This document shows, piece by piece, positions 28,013-38,980 of a stretch of DNA of 64,000 bases. Each line of letters begins with the position of its first letter. Within the stretch, counting starts at the first letter, position 1. Location of the stretch: contig MFAS01000001.1 in assembly GCA_001774685.1 (NCBI GenBank), forward strand, positions 9,268 through 73,267, given 5' to 3'. The stretch comes from Candidatus Collierbacteria bacterium RIFOXYD2_FULL_45_13. Its GTDB lineage: Bacteria > Patescibacteriota > Microgenomatia > UBA1400 > MFAQ01. The position numbers and the translations under genes are program-made. The notes below the pieces were generated by a model that worked only from the letters and a program-made list of their open reading frames with translations, ran no database searches and was not told the DNA's origin.

Positions 28013-29321
28013 CCACCCTTTCGATGATTGCCCCTAGTCTGGTGTAGGTTTCAAACACGTTAGGATATCTCCTCCTTAGAATATCCACTCCATGTATTTC
28101 CGTAGTCACCGGATCACACAGAGCCGCAATAAAAATTGCCTTACAAGCTTGAATCACGCTGGGCGACACAATTACTCCACCTTTAAATTTTACTGGTCCC
28201 GTCACTATTACCCTCTCCGGGTCGGAGACGAATATATCCGCCCCCATCGCATTCAGTTCTCTCACAAACTCCAGTCCGGACTCATACATCCAGTTTTTTA
28301 GAAGCAATCTCCCTTTAGTCTTACTGGCCAGTACCGCCATTACCGGGATCGCATCCACCGGAAATCCTGGCCAAGGTCTAGGATAAAGTTTGGGGAGGCC
28401 GGGCGCCGCGAGCGGTACTCCAGAATTTACAGTATCAACTTCCAACCCACCGTTTTTACTAACAACCAAGTCCAATCCCTCTCTGTCAATCTTTATATTA
28501 AAAAGCTCAAACCAATTGATCATTCCGTTCACTATCTCAGGCATGTTTGCACCTTTTATACAAATCTTTCCGTCCGTTACCGCGGCCGCCACGATTAGAC
28601 CGGCCACGTCGACAAAGTCAGGGCCCGGTTCATAGACTGCACCACCTAGTTTCTTCTTTCCTTTTATCGTCACCCTATTTGATCCTATCCCGTCAATTTC
28701 TGCCCCCATACTTTTTAGCATTCTTAACAACTCACTCACGTGAGGTTCGCAGGCGGCATCAATAATCACAAAGTCGGAATTTGTTCCGGCCGCATACATC
28801 ATCAAATTTTCTGATGCAGTCACGCTCGCTTCCAGTTGCCAAATATCAACCAATTTTGCATACTTCTTAGGTGCAGTAAATTTTACATAACCGTCTTCAT
28901 ATTCAAATTTCACTCCGGCCTTCTTAAAGGAGTCCAGGTGTGCCGCAATCGACCGCATCCCCAAATCACATCCACCGGGTAGCGGAATTTCCGCTACTCC
29001 AAAACGGGCAAGTAGAGGTCCTGCAAACATCAGCGAGGCCCTAAATTGGCCACCCAGTGCACGATCGACTCTGTGATACTTTACTCTTGCGCAATTTATT
29101 TTTATTTCCCCATCCATACTTTGGTCAACATTTGCACCAAGCAATTTAAGTATCTGCAAAATCTTCACCACATCACTCGTCCCAGGCACATTTTTATACG
29201 TTATCGTTTCATTGGTCAGAATTGAGGCCGGTAATACCGCTACCAGCGAGTTCTTGTTTGGAATAGGTCGGACAGAACCCTCCAGCTTTCTGCCTCCGGT
29301 AATCCTTAGCACTCCGTTCAT
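28005..29321 (-). CDS. murA: UDP-N-acetylglucosamine 1-carboxyvinyltransferase
   Basis: LRITGGRKLEGSVRPIPNKNS... with PLPGGCDLG active-site Cys. Confidence 0.9.
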   Translation of the reverse strand: MNGVLRITGGRKLEGSVRPIPNKNSLVAVLPASILTNETITYKNVPGTSDVVKILQILKLLGANVDQSMDGEIKINCARVKYHRVDRALGGQFRASLMFAGPLLARFGVAEIPLPGGCDLGMRSIAAHLDSFKKAGVKFEYEDGYVKFTAPKKYAKLVDIWQLEASVTASENLMMYAAGTNSDFVIIDAACEPHVSELLRMLKSMGAEIDGIGSNRVTIKGKKKLGGAVYEPGPDFVDVAGLIVAAAVTDGKICIKGANMPEIVNGMINWFELFNIKIDREGLDLVVSKNGGLEVDTVNSGVPLAAPGLPKLYPRPWPGFPVDAIPVMAVLASKTKGRLLLKNWMYESGLEFVRELNAMGADIFVSDPERVIVTGPVKFKGGVIVSPSVIQACKAIFIAALCDPVTTEIHGVDILRRRYPNVFETYTRLGAIIERVDD

Positions 29322-29364
29322 GTTCTTATTATCTCATGGTCATATCTTTTGCTAAAATTAGCCT

Positions 29365-30666
29365 GTGAATCCAAAAGACAGCGCCGCGCTCAGAAAAATA
29401 GCTCAGGCATACTCTCAAATTTTATCCACTCCTTTTATCCCCCAACCCAGAATCAACTTCATCAAATCGTTCATAAAGGAGTTGCCTTTCGAAGTCGTCG
29501 AAAATAATTACGCACTTATCGTTAAAGTTCCTGGTTTGTCCTCAAAAAAACTTGTCTTGATGTCTCATCTTGATCACCCAGGAATCATTGTTAAAAACAG
29601 ACGAGAAGGTCTTTGTCTGGGTTCACTTTTTCCGGACAGACTACAAAAGATAATTTCCAAACAAGGTTTTATCCCTTTAGACATTTACTCCCCAACAGGC
29701 ACTTTACTTACTCAAGGGAAATTAATTGGTCTTAGAGGTAAGTATCTACAAAAGGCCGTACTGGACATTCCCACCAAAGTTCCCACCAATTCCTCTGCCT
29801 ACTACCAGATAAGCTTATTCCGAGAAAGCAAAGAGTTTCTGTCGCTATACGCAGCCGATAACGATGTCCCCACCATTTGTATGCTCCATTTACTACGAAA
29901 TATCCCCACCAAACCCGCTTTTACCCTCTATTTTGTTTTTACTTTTTATGAAGAAGTCCATCAAATTAGTTCCTTTCATTTGGCCAGAAAAAATTTACTC
30001 CGTCTCAGCCCAGACGACCTAGTCTTAAATATGGAATGCAAAAAAGTTGATAACAATGTGCACAACCCACCAAAGAATCGGTTAGATTATAACTCTGGTG
30101 TAATTCTCCAACCCAACGAAAAAGATTGTCTCTATGGCTATCGGTTTACTTCACCCAATCTTTTGGAACGACTGGTTCTCCGGGTCTGCCAAAAAGCCAA
30201 GATACCTTTGCAATATGGTTTAGGTTTGGGTTCTAGCGATGCCCGGCCTTTCTCCAATTTCAAGATCACTCCTAATCTTTGTACACTGGAAGTACCCAAC
30301 CGTTTCAAACACAACTGCGATGACCAGGGAAATATTGTTTTGGAAAAACTCTACAAACAAGACTTGTTTACCATGTACCAAATCATTTTCTCTTTGATAT
30401 TCACCAAAGGTACTCACCTGGCTGACCTTTCAAGCTCCAAAAACATATTCTTGTCTGATCGGCACAAAATCCACGACCTGGTTACCAATTCCCAAGCCAT
30501 GTCCAGAAAAATCCGATTAAACTACCGACTCGAACTAGCCAATCAGATTAAAGTCATCACCAAGCAGTATTACCCCACCAATATATTTTTCTTAGTTCTT
30601 GATATCGTCATGAATTTTGTTTCGTATCCATACTACTTATTTCTAACGATCCTCAAACTCTCCTAA
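29365..30666 (+). CDS. Hypothetical protein (433 aa)
   Basis: Long ORF with no confident family. LMSHLDHPGII is weakly reminiscent of metallopeptidase metal-binding motifs. Confidence 0.4.
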   Translation: MNPKDSAALRKIAQAYSQILSTPFIPQPRINFIKSFIKELPFEVVENNYALIVKVPGLSSKKLVLMSHLDHPGIIVKNRREGLCLGSLFPDRLQKIISKQGFIPLDIYSPTGTLLTQGKLIGLRGKYLQKAVLDIPTKVPTNSSAYYQISLFRESKEFLSLYAADNDVPTICMLHLLRNIPTKPAFTLYFVFTFYEEVHQISSFHLARKNLLRLSPDDLVLNMECKKVDNNVHNPPKNRLDYNSGVILQPNEKDCLYGYRFTSPNLLERLVLRVCQKAKIPLQYGLGLGSSDARPFSNFKITPNLCTLEVPNRFKHNCDDQGNIVLEKLYKQDLFTMYQIIFSLIFTKGTHLADLSSSKNIFLSDRHKIHDLVTNSQAMSRKIRLNYRLELANQIKVITKQYYPTNIFFLVLDIVMNFVSYPYYLFLTILKLS

Positions 30667-31701
30667 ATATCTAATCTCATCTTCAAGTGCCAGCCCTATT
30701 GTCTCCTTTGCCCTTTTCACGATCTCGTCTCTTATTGCCAAATAATCTCTTGCCTTTGCCCCGCCGGTATTCACGATAAAGTTATGATGATCAGGAGAAA
30801 TCATTGCTCCACCCACTTTGTACCCCGTCATGTTTAGAATATGTTCGACAATATACCCTGTTGCCGTGGTCGGATATCCGAGTATTTCCCGGTCTTTTTC
30901 CGAGATGTTCTTGAACACACACCCTGCTGAGTAAAACGGCTGAGAAGACTTTCTTTTTCTCCATTCGCCAGCCACACTTCTTGCCTTTTCCACGTCCCCT
31001 TTTCTTAAACTTAAAACCACTTCCAAAACAATTTCTCCTGATTGATGGAGTCTCGAAGAATCGTACTCAAATCGCATGCTCTTAGCCGGTATCTTGATCA
31101 CGTCACCAGGCTTGGTCAATAGCACCACATATTTAACTATCTCCGAAAACACATGCCGCCCGCCGTGAATATTGTTAAACACAGCCCCACCCACTGTACC
31201 CGGTATCCTGGAGTACCACTGCAAACCAGTGATCTCCTGATCAAATAGGTGAAACATTGCCACCTGGAGATTCACACCACTATCAATAGCCACTTCCACA
31301 TCTGGGTATTCACTTTCATCATAATCCAAATCAGAAAAATCATAGCGCATCGTCCCCATCTTCGATCCCACCCAACGCGGATCAATCGCAATGTTCCTGT
31401 GTTTCTTAAATCCAAAAATATTTTTTTCCCTTACCTCCATCTCCCCACCACAGTTTTTTACGACAAGTCCACGAACTCCCTTATCAGAAACAAGAATGTT
31501 ACTACCGCCACCAATTATCGTCACCGGCACTTCAAAACTTCTAGCCAGTCGAACGGCCTTTATCAGCTCACCGGAATTATGCGCCTCATAAAACAAATCA
31601 GCCGGACCACCGATTTTCAACGTTGTGTGAGTAGACAAGGGCTCATCTAACTTAACCCTCTCCGGATCCAAACTCTTGATTAACCCGTCAAAATTACTCA
31701 A
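30643..31701 (-). CDS. murB: UDP-N-acetylenolpyruvoylglucosamine reductase
   Basis: LKIGGPADLF...VTIIGGGSNIL FAD-binding motifs. It appears to use a TTG start. Confidence 0.85.
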   Translation of the reverse strand: MSNFDGLIKSLDPERVKLDEPLSTHTTLKIGGPADLFYEAHNSGELIKAVRLARSFEVPVTIIGGGSNILVSDKGVRGLVVKNCGGEMEVREKNIFGFKKHRNIAIDPRWVGSKMGTMRYDFSDLDYDESEYPDVEVAIDSGVNLQVAMFHLFDQEITGLQWYSRIPGTVGGAVFNNIHGGRHVFSEIVKYVVLLTKPGDVIKIPAKSMRFEYDSSRLHQSGEIVLEVVLSLRKGDVEKARSVAGEWRKRKSSQPFYSAGCVFKNISEKDREILGYPTTATGYIVEHILNMTGYKVGGAMISPDHHNFIVNTGGAKARDYLAIRDEIVKRAKETIGLALEDEIRYLGEFEDR

Positions 31702-31790
31702 GCCATATCATTCTAGCATTCATTCGTCATTGCGAGTTTCGTACTCGAACCGTGGCAATCTCACTCCATCGTTGCAGTATAATCGATCTC

Positions 31791-33101
31791 ATGGAACGAA
31801 CATATATCAAAAACGTTAGAGAACATCTAGGACCTATCTCGGTCTCCGGCTTTGCTCAAATCATCAGGAAACAAGGTGGTATCGCCTTCGTCGTCCTTCG
31901 CGACATTACCGGTATCATCCAGACAGTAATTCTCAAATCAAACACTGAGAGTTTCGAAATTGTCCAAAATCTTTCTCTCGAATCAGTCATCACCATCACC
32001 GGAGAAGCCAAAGAAAACACTCAAGCACCGGGGGGCGTCGAGATTTTAGTAGAAAAAATTGAAGTTCTTTCCAAAGCCCAACCGAAGCTTCCGATCCCCG
32101 TAGACGAAAAAGGCGAAGGCGAAACCAACTTAGACACTCGTCTTGACTGGCGTTACCTTGATCTCCGTAAAGAGAAAAACACCTTGATTTTCAAGGTTTG
32201 GACCCTCATGGATCAGGTCTACACCAACTTTCTTACCGATCAAGGTTTTATCCAGATTCACTCTCCCAAATTGATGAGCACCCCAAGCGAAACCAAAGCT
32301 GAACTTTTTGAAGTTAAATATTTCGAAGCAAAAGCCTATCTTGCCCAATCTCCTCAGTTTTACAAACAGATGGCTCAAGCTGCCGGTTTTGAAAAGGTTT
32401 TTGAAATTGGTCCCGTCTTCCGGGCAGATCCTTCCTTTACCTCTCGCCACAATACCGAATTCACCGGCTATGATCTAGAAATGTCCTTTATCAAATCTCA
32501 CGAGGACATCATGCAGCTGGAAGAAAAACTTCTAATAGAAATTATCAAGGTAGTAAATGAAAAATACGGACACGAGATAAAATCTATCTTCAATCGGGAA
32601 ATTCCCATCCCTATCATGCCCTTCCCCAGAATTACTTTTGCAGAAGCCAAGGCTATCACCAAAGGTCAGGGTGTGTCGGCTGAAAAACCATCAGACATGT
32701 CGGCCGAAGAGGAAAGAGTTCTTGGGACTTATGTCAAAGAGAAATATAACCATGAATTTGTCTTTATTACCGACTATCCCATTGAGGGCCGTCCCTTCTA
32801 TCACATGAGACATGAGGATAACTCCAAGCTTACCAAAAGCTTTGACTTACTCTGGAATGGTCTCGAAATCACCACCGGTGCCCAACGCGAACACCGCTAT
32901 GATGTCCTCAAGGCTCAAGCGATCGAAAAAGATTTGGATCCCGAAGGCCTTGCCGGTTATCTAGACTTCTTCAAGTATGGCTGCCCGCCCCACGGCGGTT
33001 TCGGAGCTGGTCCCAATCGCTTTATCATGAAAATGCTCGGGTTAGATAATATTCGCGAAGCCACCTACATCTACCGCGGCGTCAAACGCCTCACACCGTA
33101 G
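31791..33101 (+). CDS. aspS: Aspartyl-tRNA synthetase, archaeal/eukaryal type (class IIb), possibly non-discriminating
   Basis: Class II motifs FEIGPVFRAD and GFGAGPNRF. Length about 436 aa. A TATAAT box lies 7 nt upstream of the ATG, so the mRNA is leaderless-like. Confidence 0.75.
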   Translation: MERTYIKNVREHLGPISVSGFAQIIRKQGGIAFVVLRDITGIIQTVILKSNTESFEIVQNLSLESVITITGEAKENTQAPGGVEILVEKIEVLSKAQPKLPIPVDEKGEGETNLDTRLDWRYLDLRKEKNTLIFKVWTLMDQVYTNFLTDQGFIQIHSPKLMSTPSETKAELFEVKYFEAKAYLAQSPQFYKQMAQAAGFEKVFEIGPVFRADPSFTSRHNTEFTGYDLEMSFIKSHEDIMQLEEKLLIEIIKVVNEKYGHEIKSIFNREIPIPIMPFPRITFAEAKAITKGQGVSAEKPSDMSAEEERVLGTYVKEKYNHEFVFITDYPIEGRPFYHMRHEDNSKLTKSFDLLWNGLEITTGAQREHRYDVLKAQAIEKDLDPEGLAGYLDFFKYGCPPHGGFGAGPNRFIMKMLGLDNIREATYIYRGVKRLTP

Positions 33102-33159
33102 CTAATATACCCTCACCACACCAAATTCTTCGGTGTTCATAAAATGATAATATTAGACC

Positions 33160-33930
33160 ATGAAAGTTTACAGACATATTATCGTTCCCGTAACTCTATC
33201 AGCTTGTATTGCCACCAGTTTTGGCATCTTGCTTCAAAATTTCATTGGCAAGGAATATTTTCTTGAAGATATCGGAGGAATCGGATGGCTACTTGGAGTC
33301 GTCGGCACAATTTATACACTTGTGGCCGCTTTTACTATGGTCGAGGTTTGGAATCAATTCAATAACACCAGCAAACTTATTTCCAATGAAGCTAAATCAA
33401 TTATTTCCCTCTGGAACTACACCGACTATCTCAACGACAAAAACATCGACCAAAAGATGCAAACATCTCTCCTGGCTTATCTCGACCAAACACTAACCAA
33501 GGAACACGATCAAGCCTCAAAAGGAATTAGATCGCTTCAACCTTCCCAGGAAATTATCACTATTCGAAAAGTAATCGACGAAATAGAATTCGATGACAAA
33601 CGGGATGCCAGTATTTTTCCTATTCTCACCCAAGCATATGAGGAACTGTCCACCGCTAGAAATGATCGGATAGAGGCCGGTGTTACCCGCCTTCCCGCTA
33701 TGATCAAAATATTCTTCATCTCCCTTTCCCTAATGCTCATGGTCAGCTATATTTTAGTCGGATATGTTCACCTCCCCCTATATATCATTCACACCATTTT
33801 TGGCGCTTCAATCATTTCTCTCACTTACAAAATAATATTTGATCTGGATAACCCATTTGATGGCTTCTGGAATATTGATTATTCTGCCATGACACAAGCC
33901 AAAGAATATATCACCAACAACCGACATTAG
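33160..33930 (+). CDS. Hypothetical integral membrane protein
   Basis: Several TM helices. No family was recognised. Confidence 0.5.
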   Translation: MKVYRHIIVPVTLSACIATSFGILLQNFIGKEYFLEDIGGIGWLLGVVGTIYTLVAAFTMVEVWNQFNNTSKLISNEAKSIISLWNYTDYLNDKNIDQKMQTSLLAYLDQTLTKEHDQASKGIRSLQPSQEIITIRKVIDEIEFDDKRDASIFPILTQAYEELSTARNDRIEAGVTRLPAMIKIFFISLSLMLMVSYILVGYVHLPLYIIHTIFGASIISLTYKIIFDLDNPFDGFWNIDYSAMTQAKEYITNNRH

Positions 33931-34078
33931 TACCGATGTCGTTCTCATACTAAATTTGGGAAACTTCCATGAAGCGATCCCCCTACCGCATCAAACACCT
34001 AGTCACCTGCAAGGACCATCCTTACAGGTCGTGACACTGTGTCACTGTGGTACCGTGGCACTATATAATAGACGCATC

Positions 34079-35455
34079 ATGGATAACCAAGCTACTCTCG
34101 AAAAAGTCATCTCCCTCGCCAAGCGACGTGGTTTCATTTTTCCTGGGTCGGAAATCTACGGCGGTCTAGCGAATACCTATGACTTCGGACCTCTCGGCAC
34201 CGAACTTAAACGAAACCTTATCAACCTCTGGTGGAAATCTTTCGTTACCGACCGTTCGGATATGTACGGTTTGGACACCTCCATTCTCATGAGTCCCAAA
34301 GTTTGGGAGGCTTCAGGTCATACGGCTAACTTTACAAACGTCATGATCGACTGCCTTACCTGTCACTACCGTACCCGAGCCGATCACCTTATCGAAGATA
34401 AAGTCGAAGATATTGGTAACGTCGAAGGCAAACCTCTCGAAGAACTGGACCAAATCATCAAAGACAACGAAATCGAATGTCCCAAGTGCGGCAGTCAGCA
34501 TTGGACCAAAACCAGAAACTTCAATCAGCTTTTCGAAACCCAAATCGGTATTATCACCGAAGGCAAAAATACCGCCTATCTTCGCGGTGAACTGGCTCAG
34601 GGTATGTTTGTTGACTTTAAACAGGTTCTAGATTCACTCCACCCCAAACTTCCCTTTGGTCTCGCTCAATCAGGCAAAGCCTTCCGAAACGAAATCACCA
34701 TGGGCAAGTTTACTTTCCGTACCTTAGAGTTTGATCTGGCCGAATTCGAATATTTCGTGAAGCCGGCAGATTGGGAAACACATTTTGAATATTGGAAAAA
34801 AGAAATGTATCAATTTGCCTTATCTGTCGGTATACCCGCGGAAAAACTTCGCTGGAGATCACATTCCAAAGAAGAACTTAGTCACTACAGTTCGCGCACC
34901 GAAGACCTCGAATATGAATTTCCGTGGGGCTTCAAAGAAATGTTTGGTCTTGCCTACCGCACCGACTTCGATCTCAAGAATCATATCGAAAAGTCCGGCG
35001 TCGACCTACGCTATACCGATCCATATACTCAAGAAAAGTTTATCCCCCACGTCATCGAGCCCACTTTTGGCCTTTCCCGCCTTCTCACCATTATTCTCAT
35101 GAACGCATACTTCGAAGACTCAGAGAAAAACCGGGTGGTCATGAAGTTTCCGAACCAGCTCTCACCCTACCAGGTCGCCGTTTTTCCACTTCTCGGGAAC
35201 AAAGACGAACTCCTCAACAAAGCTCGGGAAGTCGCCGCCTCTCTCAGGGGCCAATTTCGGGTTGCTGTTGACGAAAGAGGCAACATCGGCAAACGTTACT
35301 TTACTCAGGACGAAATCGGCACCCCTTTCTGTATTACTGTCGATTTCGACACGCTTAAAGATAGCTCTGTGACGGTCCGAAACCGCGATACCATGACTCA
35401 GGAGCGGATCGCCATCGATAATCTTCCCGGTTTCCTACTTGATCATCTATCTTAG
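34079..35455 (+). CDS. glyQS: Glycyl-tRNA synthetase, alpha2 (archaeal/eukaryal) type
   Basis: The N-terminus EIYGGLANTYDFGPLG is diagnostic of GlyRS. The start is taken at the internal Met (MDNQATLEK) downstream of a TATAAT box. Confidence 0.9.
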   Translation: MDNQATLEKVISLAKRRGFIFPGSEIYGGLANTYDFGPLGTELKRNLINLWWKSFVTDRSDMYGLDTSILMSPKVWEASGHTANFTNVMIDCLTCHYRTRADHLIEDKVEDIGNVEGKPLEELDQIIKDNEIECPKCGSQHWTKTRNFNQLFETQIGIITEGKNTAYLRGELAQGMFVDFKQVLDSLHPKLPFGLAQSGKAFRNEITMGKFTFRTLEFDLAEFEYFVKPADWETHFEYWKKEMYQFALSVGIPAEKLRWRSHSKEELSHYSSRTEDLEYEFPWGFKEMFGLAYRTDFDLKNHIEKSGVDLRYTDPYTQEKFIPHVIEPTFGLSRLLTIILMNAYFEDSEKNRVVMKFPNQLSPYQVAVFPLLGNKDELLNKAREVAASLRGQFRVAVDERGNIGKRYFTQDEIGTPFCITVDFDTLKDSSVTVRNRDTMTQERIAIDNLPGFLLDHLS

Positions 35456-35563
35456 ACGTGTTACACTATAAGACGATGAATCTAACTTTTGCCAAATCAT
35501 ATCATCACAACTTTCTCTTTTTTGGGAGAGGGTTGTCTTGATTTCTTGTCAAAACTGAAGCTA

Positions 35564-35591
35564 ACCCCCTCCTAATAAGGAGGGGTTTTTG
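35564..35591 (+). terminator. Rho-independent terminator
   Basis: Sequence aaCCCCCTCCtaataaGGAGGGGttttt. Confidence 0.7.
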
Positions 35592-35640
35592 TATCCCCAT
35601 ACCCAATTACAGAAACCAGTACTTTGACAAGGAGAAAGTT

Positions 35641-36579
35641 ATGCGTAGATTGTTGGATTATTTTTCGAACGGAATTACTTCTAGTACGCTTCAGACTGTC
35701 GGCATGGAGGTTGAAACCCAGTTCGTAACCGAGTCGGGAGAACCAATCTCAGTAGATACTTCCCAGGCCATCCTTCGCAGGCTGTCGAAATTCCCAGGCT
35801 GGAAAGTCAACAAAACAAAGGGCAATCTCATTACAGAGCTCGCTGGGGATACTGGCGCATTTTTTTCATATGAGCTAGGCCGTCACAACATTGAGTACTC
35901 CAGCGCTCCACTGTCAACATCGCATATTCCCTCCCTACCTCAAATTTCTCTTTACAACCTCTATTTTTGTGCCAAAAAATTCGGCGCCTATCCCTATTTT
36001 GGTCCGATCCTGAAAGGTACAGAGGACCTTCTTGTTATTCCAGACGAACGTGATGCTAATTGGCTCAAACTTGACGGCCGTGAAGCCCTTGCCCCGCTGG
36101 CGCGCACCTCATCTGTCCAGTTCACCATCTCTGTTTCGCCAAGTGATGCCATAAGTATTCTCAACGACCTGGGGTCGAACATGGGTAAGTTTCTACCCAG
36201 TTATCCCCAGGATCAAGTCTGGAAAGAATATGTCGCAAGCTCCAAAGCCAATTATCGACCTGACAGGTATGGTGGCCCTCTGATCTTTGCCAATCTTGAA
36301 AATTATTGTGAGCTTCTCAGCCGTCACGACGTGATACAAGGAACTACTCTCGTGCCTTTTTCCAAGGCCCAAAACCTTGATATCCCTCTCTACCTCCGCA
36401 GTATCTGGTGGCACTTCCGACTCAAACGTTACGGAAACAGCCTCTGTATCGAAGTCCGTCCGCTACCGCGACTCGAAGATTCAAATTTCAACAGCCAATT
36501 CAAATTTGTTAAAGATATCTTCAGTCCGTATCGCACCCGTCGACCCGGCCACTATTCCGGTCCGGGCTGGGGACACTAA
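35641..36579 (+). CDS. YbdK/GCS2-like carboxylate-amine ligase
   Basis: N-terminal TVGMEVETQFV (GxExE) and C-terminal WWHFRLKRYGNSLCIEVRPLP are colinear with the gamma-glutamyl-cysteine ligase family 2. Confidence 0.45.
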   Translation: MRRLLDYFSNGITSSTLQTVGMEVETQFVTESGEPISVDTSQAILRRLSKFPGWKVNKTKGNLITELAGDTGAFFSYELGRHNIEYSSAPLSTSHIPSLPQISLYNLYFCAKKFGAYPYFGPILKGTEDLLVIPDERDANWLKLDGREALAPLARTSSVQFTISVSPSDAISILNDLGSNMGKFLPSYPQDQVWKEYVASSKANYRPDRYGGPLIFANLENYCELLSRHDVIQGTTLVPFSKAQNLDIPLYLRSIWWHFRLKRYGNSLCIEVRPLPRLEDSNFNSQFKFVKDIFSPYRTRRPGHYSGPGWGH

Positions 36580-36613
36580 ACTACTATTTACCGCACCAGT
36601 AATGGTGCGGTTT

Positions 36614-37696
36614 TTATATCAACCCCAAATACTTCCTCATCCCTTCATAGAAGGTCATCACCGAATCCAGATCTACCCACTCATCAGCTGAGTGAATCTC
36701 CCCACCCAGCGGCTTATGCATCAGTACCGGTGCCTTGGTCTGGGCAAAATGTCTGGCGTCAGACGCACCGTAAGTTTGTTTCACCGAGATTTTCTTCCCA
36801 AACACCTCTTCCATAACTCCAATATATTTTATAACTTCCGGATCATTTATATCTGTGAAGGTTGGAAGTCCAGTCGACAGTTTGGAAACTTCCATCTCCA
36901 GTCCCAGAGCCTTTATCTTTTCCTCCACTACCGAGATAATACTTTCGATCGAATCCGTCTCTGGATACCTAAAGTCAATTTTCATTTCTGCTTCTGGACA
37001 TACCTGATTTGTCGAAACACCACCATTAATTGTGCCAAGATTCATTGTCGTCTTCCAACTTTCGGTTAGATTGTTGTCACCATAAGTTTTTAGTAACTCA
37101 GACCCCAGCTTAATCAGAGAATCAATTGCGTTCTTACCCAGCCACGGCCTCGAAGCATGGGCCGGTTTTCCCCTGGCCACCAGTTTTAGTTGACACACCC
37201 CTTTTGCTTTATCAACAAAGTTAAGATTCTCTCCCCCGTCGGGAACTATTAATATTTTTGGGGCAAATCCACGCTCCGCCACCACCTTCGCTCCTTCCAG
37301 CCCTCCAACCTCCTCATCGGTGGTAATCATCAGACAAAAATCAACGTTCTTCTCTTTAGCTTCGTTCAAAAGTGCCACTCCCAACGGGATCGAGAACTTC
37401 ATGTCACAAGTGCCCCGGCCAATAGCTTTACCGTCTTCTACTTTCATCTCAAACTGGTCATCCCTTCCGGCCACCACATCCATATGCACCATATAACAGT
37501 ACTGGGGCGAATCACTTTTTTTCACCGACGCTATCATGACTTCGGCTTTTCCATTATAAATTCTCTGAACATCAACCCCTTCCACAATCAAGTCTTGGAC
37601 ATAATTTATAGCCTTTGAATTCTCTTGAATTTCTCCCGATAGCGTCTTCATCGCCACCAAGTCTCTCAGTTGTTTTGTTAAGTCTTCCTTAGTCAT
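36614..37696 (-). CDS. M20 family metallopeptidase/deacylase (ArgE/DapE-like)
   Basis: VHMDVV...GRGTCDMK ... typical M20 metal-ligand motifs. Confidence 0.75.
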   Translation of the reverse strand: MTKEDLTKQLRDLVAMKTLSGEIQENSKAINYVQDLIVEGVDVQRIYNGKAEVMIASVKKSDSPQYCYMVHMDVVAGRDDQFEMKVEDGKAIGRGTCDMKFSIPLGVALLNEAKEKNVDFCLMITTDEEVGGLEGAKVVAERGFAPKILIVPDGGENLNFVDKAKGVCQLKLVARGKPAHASRPWLGKNAIDSLIKLGSELLKTYGDNNLTESWKTTMNLGTINGGVSTNQVCPEAEMKIDFRYPETDSIESIISVVEEKIKALGLEMEVSKLSTGLPTFTDINDPEVIKYIGVMEEVFGKKISVKQTYGASDARHFAQTKAPVLMHKPLGGEIHSADEWVDLDSVMTFYEGMRKYLGLI

Positions 37697-38900
37697 TTTG
37701 TTTAATTAGTTTTATTGCATCTTCCACAAATAATGTTTTTTGTTCCCCTGACCTCATGTTTTTAATTGACACCTTTCTTGCCTGCACCTCGTCACTGCCA
37801 ATCATCACCACGTATGATATTCCCTTTTTATTGGCATATTTAAGCTGCTTGTCGATTTTACAGTCCTCAGGATACAACTCCGTATTTATCCCGGCCGACC
37901 TGAAAGACTGCGCCGTTTCCATCGCCACAACTTTCTGATCGATCGAAAAAGCAACAACCAAAACACTTGTTTTCGTTTGTGTGGTTGGGATCAAGCCCAG
38001 TAACTCAGCCGCTTCCACCGTTCTATCAAATCCGAAGGCAATGCCAGTACCCGGAACTTTTAGTCCTGTTAGCCTCTCCATCAAACCGTCATATCTTTCA
38101 CCACCCCCGACAGAACCCGCCGTGTAATCTTCGATCACTATCTCCCATATCGGACCCTGAGAATAAGAGAATGATCTGGCCAGCGTGGGTTCGAATCGAT
38201 AATACTCGTTACCAAAACCGGATTTTTCAAGATACGTAACGATCGTTTTTATTGTTTCGTCTGGCTTGATGTTTTGTACCTGTTCGAGATACATATCTGC
38301 TTGAATTTTTCCGATCCCTTTACTCAGCATATCCTCAATCACCCCAGCTTCGCCAATCTTTTTGAGTTTGTCTATCGCCACAATTGCTTCATACGGGATT
38401 CCTTTCATTAGGTCCCTGCTGTTGAAAATCAGCACTGGTTTCTTAAAACCTAATGACAAATAAGTATCCAGGTTCTCTGCCATCACCTCAGCGTCAGCCG
38501 TCGCCGTAGCAATCCCAAATATATCTAAGTCGAACTGAGTAAATTCCCGATAACGTCCTCGCTGGGGATTCTCAGCCCGAAAAACAGATTGACACTGATA
38601 ACGGCGAAATGGCATCACAAGAGAGTTCAGGTTATTAGCCACGTAACGACATGTCGGTACGGTCTGGTCATAGCGTAACATCACCTCGCGTCCACCATTA
38701 TCGGTAAATTTGTAAAACAGTTTTTCATCTTCCCCTATTTCACCCTCAAACAGAGCAAACGGCTCAAGCGTTGGTGTTTCAATCGGTTCATATCCCCATC
38801 GTTCAGCCACCTCAACCATTTTGTTTTTCACCCATTGTCGCTTAACCGTTTCTGTCGGCAAAAAGTCACGGAATCCTTTTAATGTTTGTGTGTTTGTCAT
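37689..38900 (-). CDS. hisS: Histidyl-tRNA synthetase
   Basis: LKGFRDFLP, RYDQTVP and FRAENPQRGRYREFTQ motifs. Confidence 0.9.
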   Translation of the reverse strand: MTNTQTLKGFRDFLPTETVKRQWVKNKMVEVAERWGYEPIETPTLEPFALFEGEIGEDEKLFYKFTDNGGREVMLRYDQTVPTCRYVANNLNSLVMPFRRYQCQSVFRAENPQRGRYREFTQFDLDIFGIATATADAEVMAENLDTYLSLGFKKPVLIFNSRDLMKGIPYEAIVAIDKLKKIGEAGVIEDMLSKGIGKIQADMYLEQVQNIKPDETIKTIVTYLEKSGFGNEYYRFEPTLARSFSYSQGPIWEIVIEDYTAGSVGGGERYDGLMERLTGLKVPGTGIAFGFDRTVEAAELLGLIPTTQTKTSVLVVAFSIDQKVVAMETAQSFRSAGINTELYPEDCKIDKQLKYANKKGISYVVMIGSDEVQARKVSIKNMRSGEQKTLFVEDAIKLIKQND

Positions 38901-38950
38901 TTTATTTATATATTCTGAATCTATTTAATAATACCTCCTACAACCTCCAA

Positions 38951-38980
38951 AAACGAAAAAACCTCCATCTGGGGAGGTTT
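38951..38980 (-). terminator. Hairpin terminator (ACCTCCatctggGGAGGT) flanked by A/T runs
   Basis: It follows the stop of the decarboxylase gene on the minus strand. Confidence 0.55.

Noticed and set aside
33956-34078. N-terminal extension of GlyRS from 33956
   Set aside because: The extension would be translated across the promoter palindrome and the TATAAT box. The conserved GlyRS N-terminus begins at the Met at 34079.
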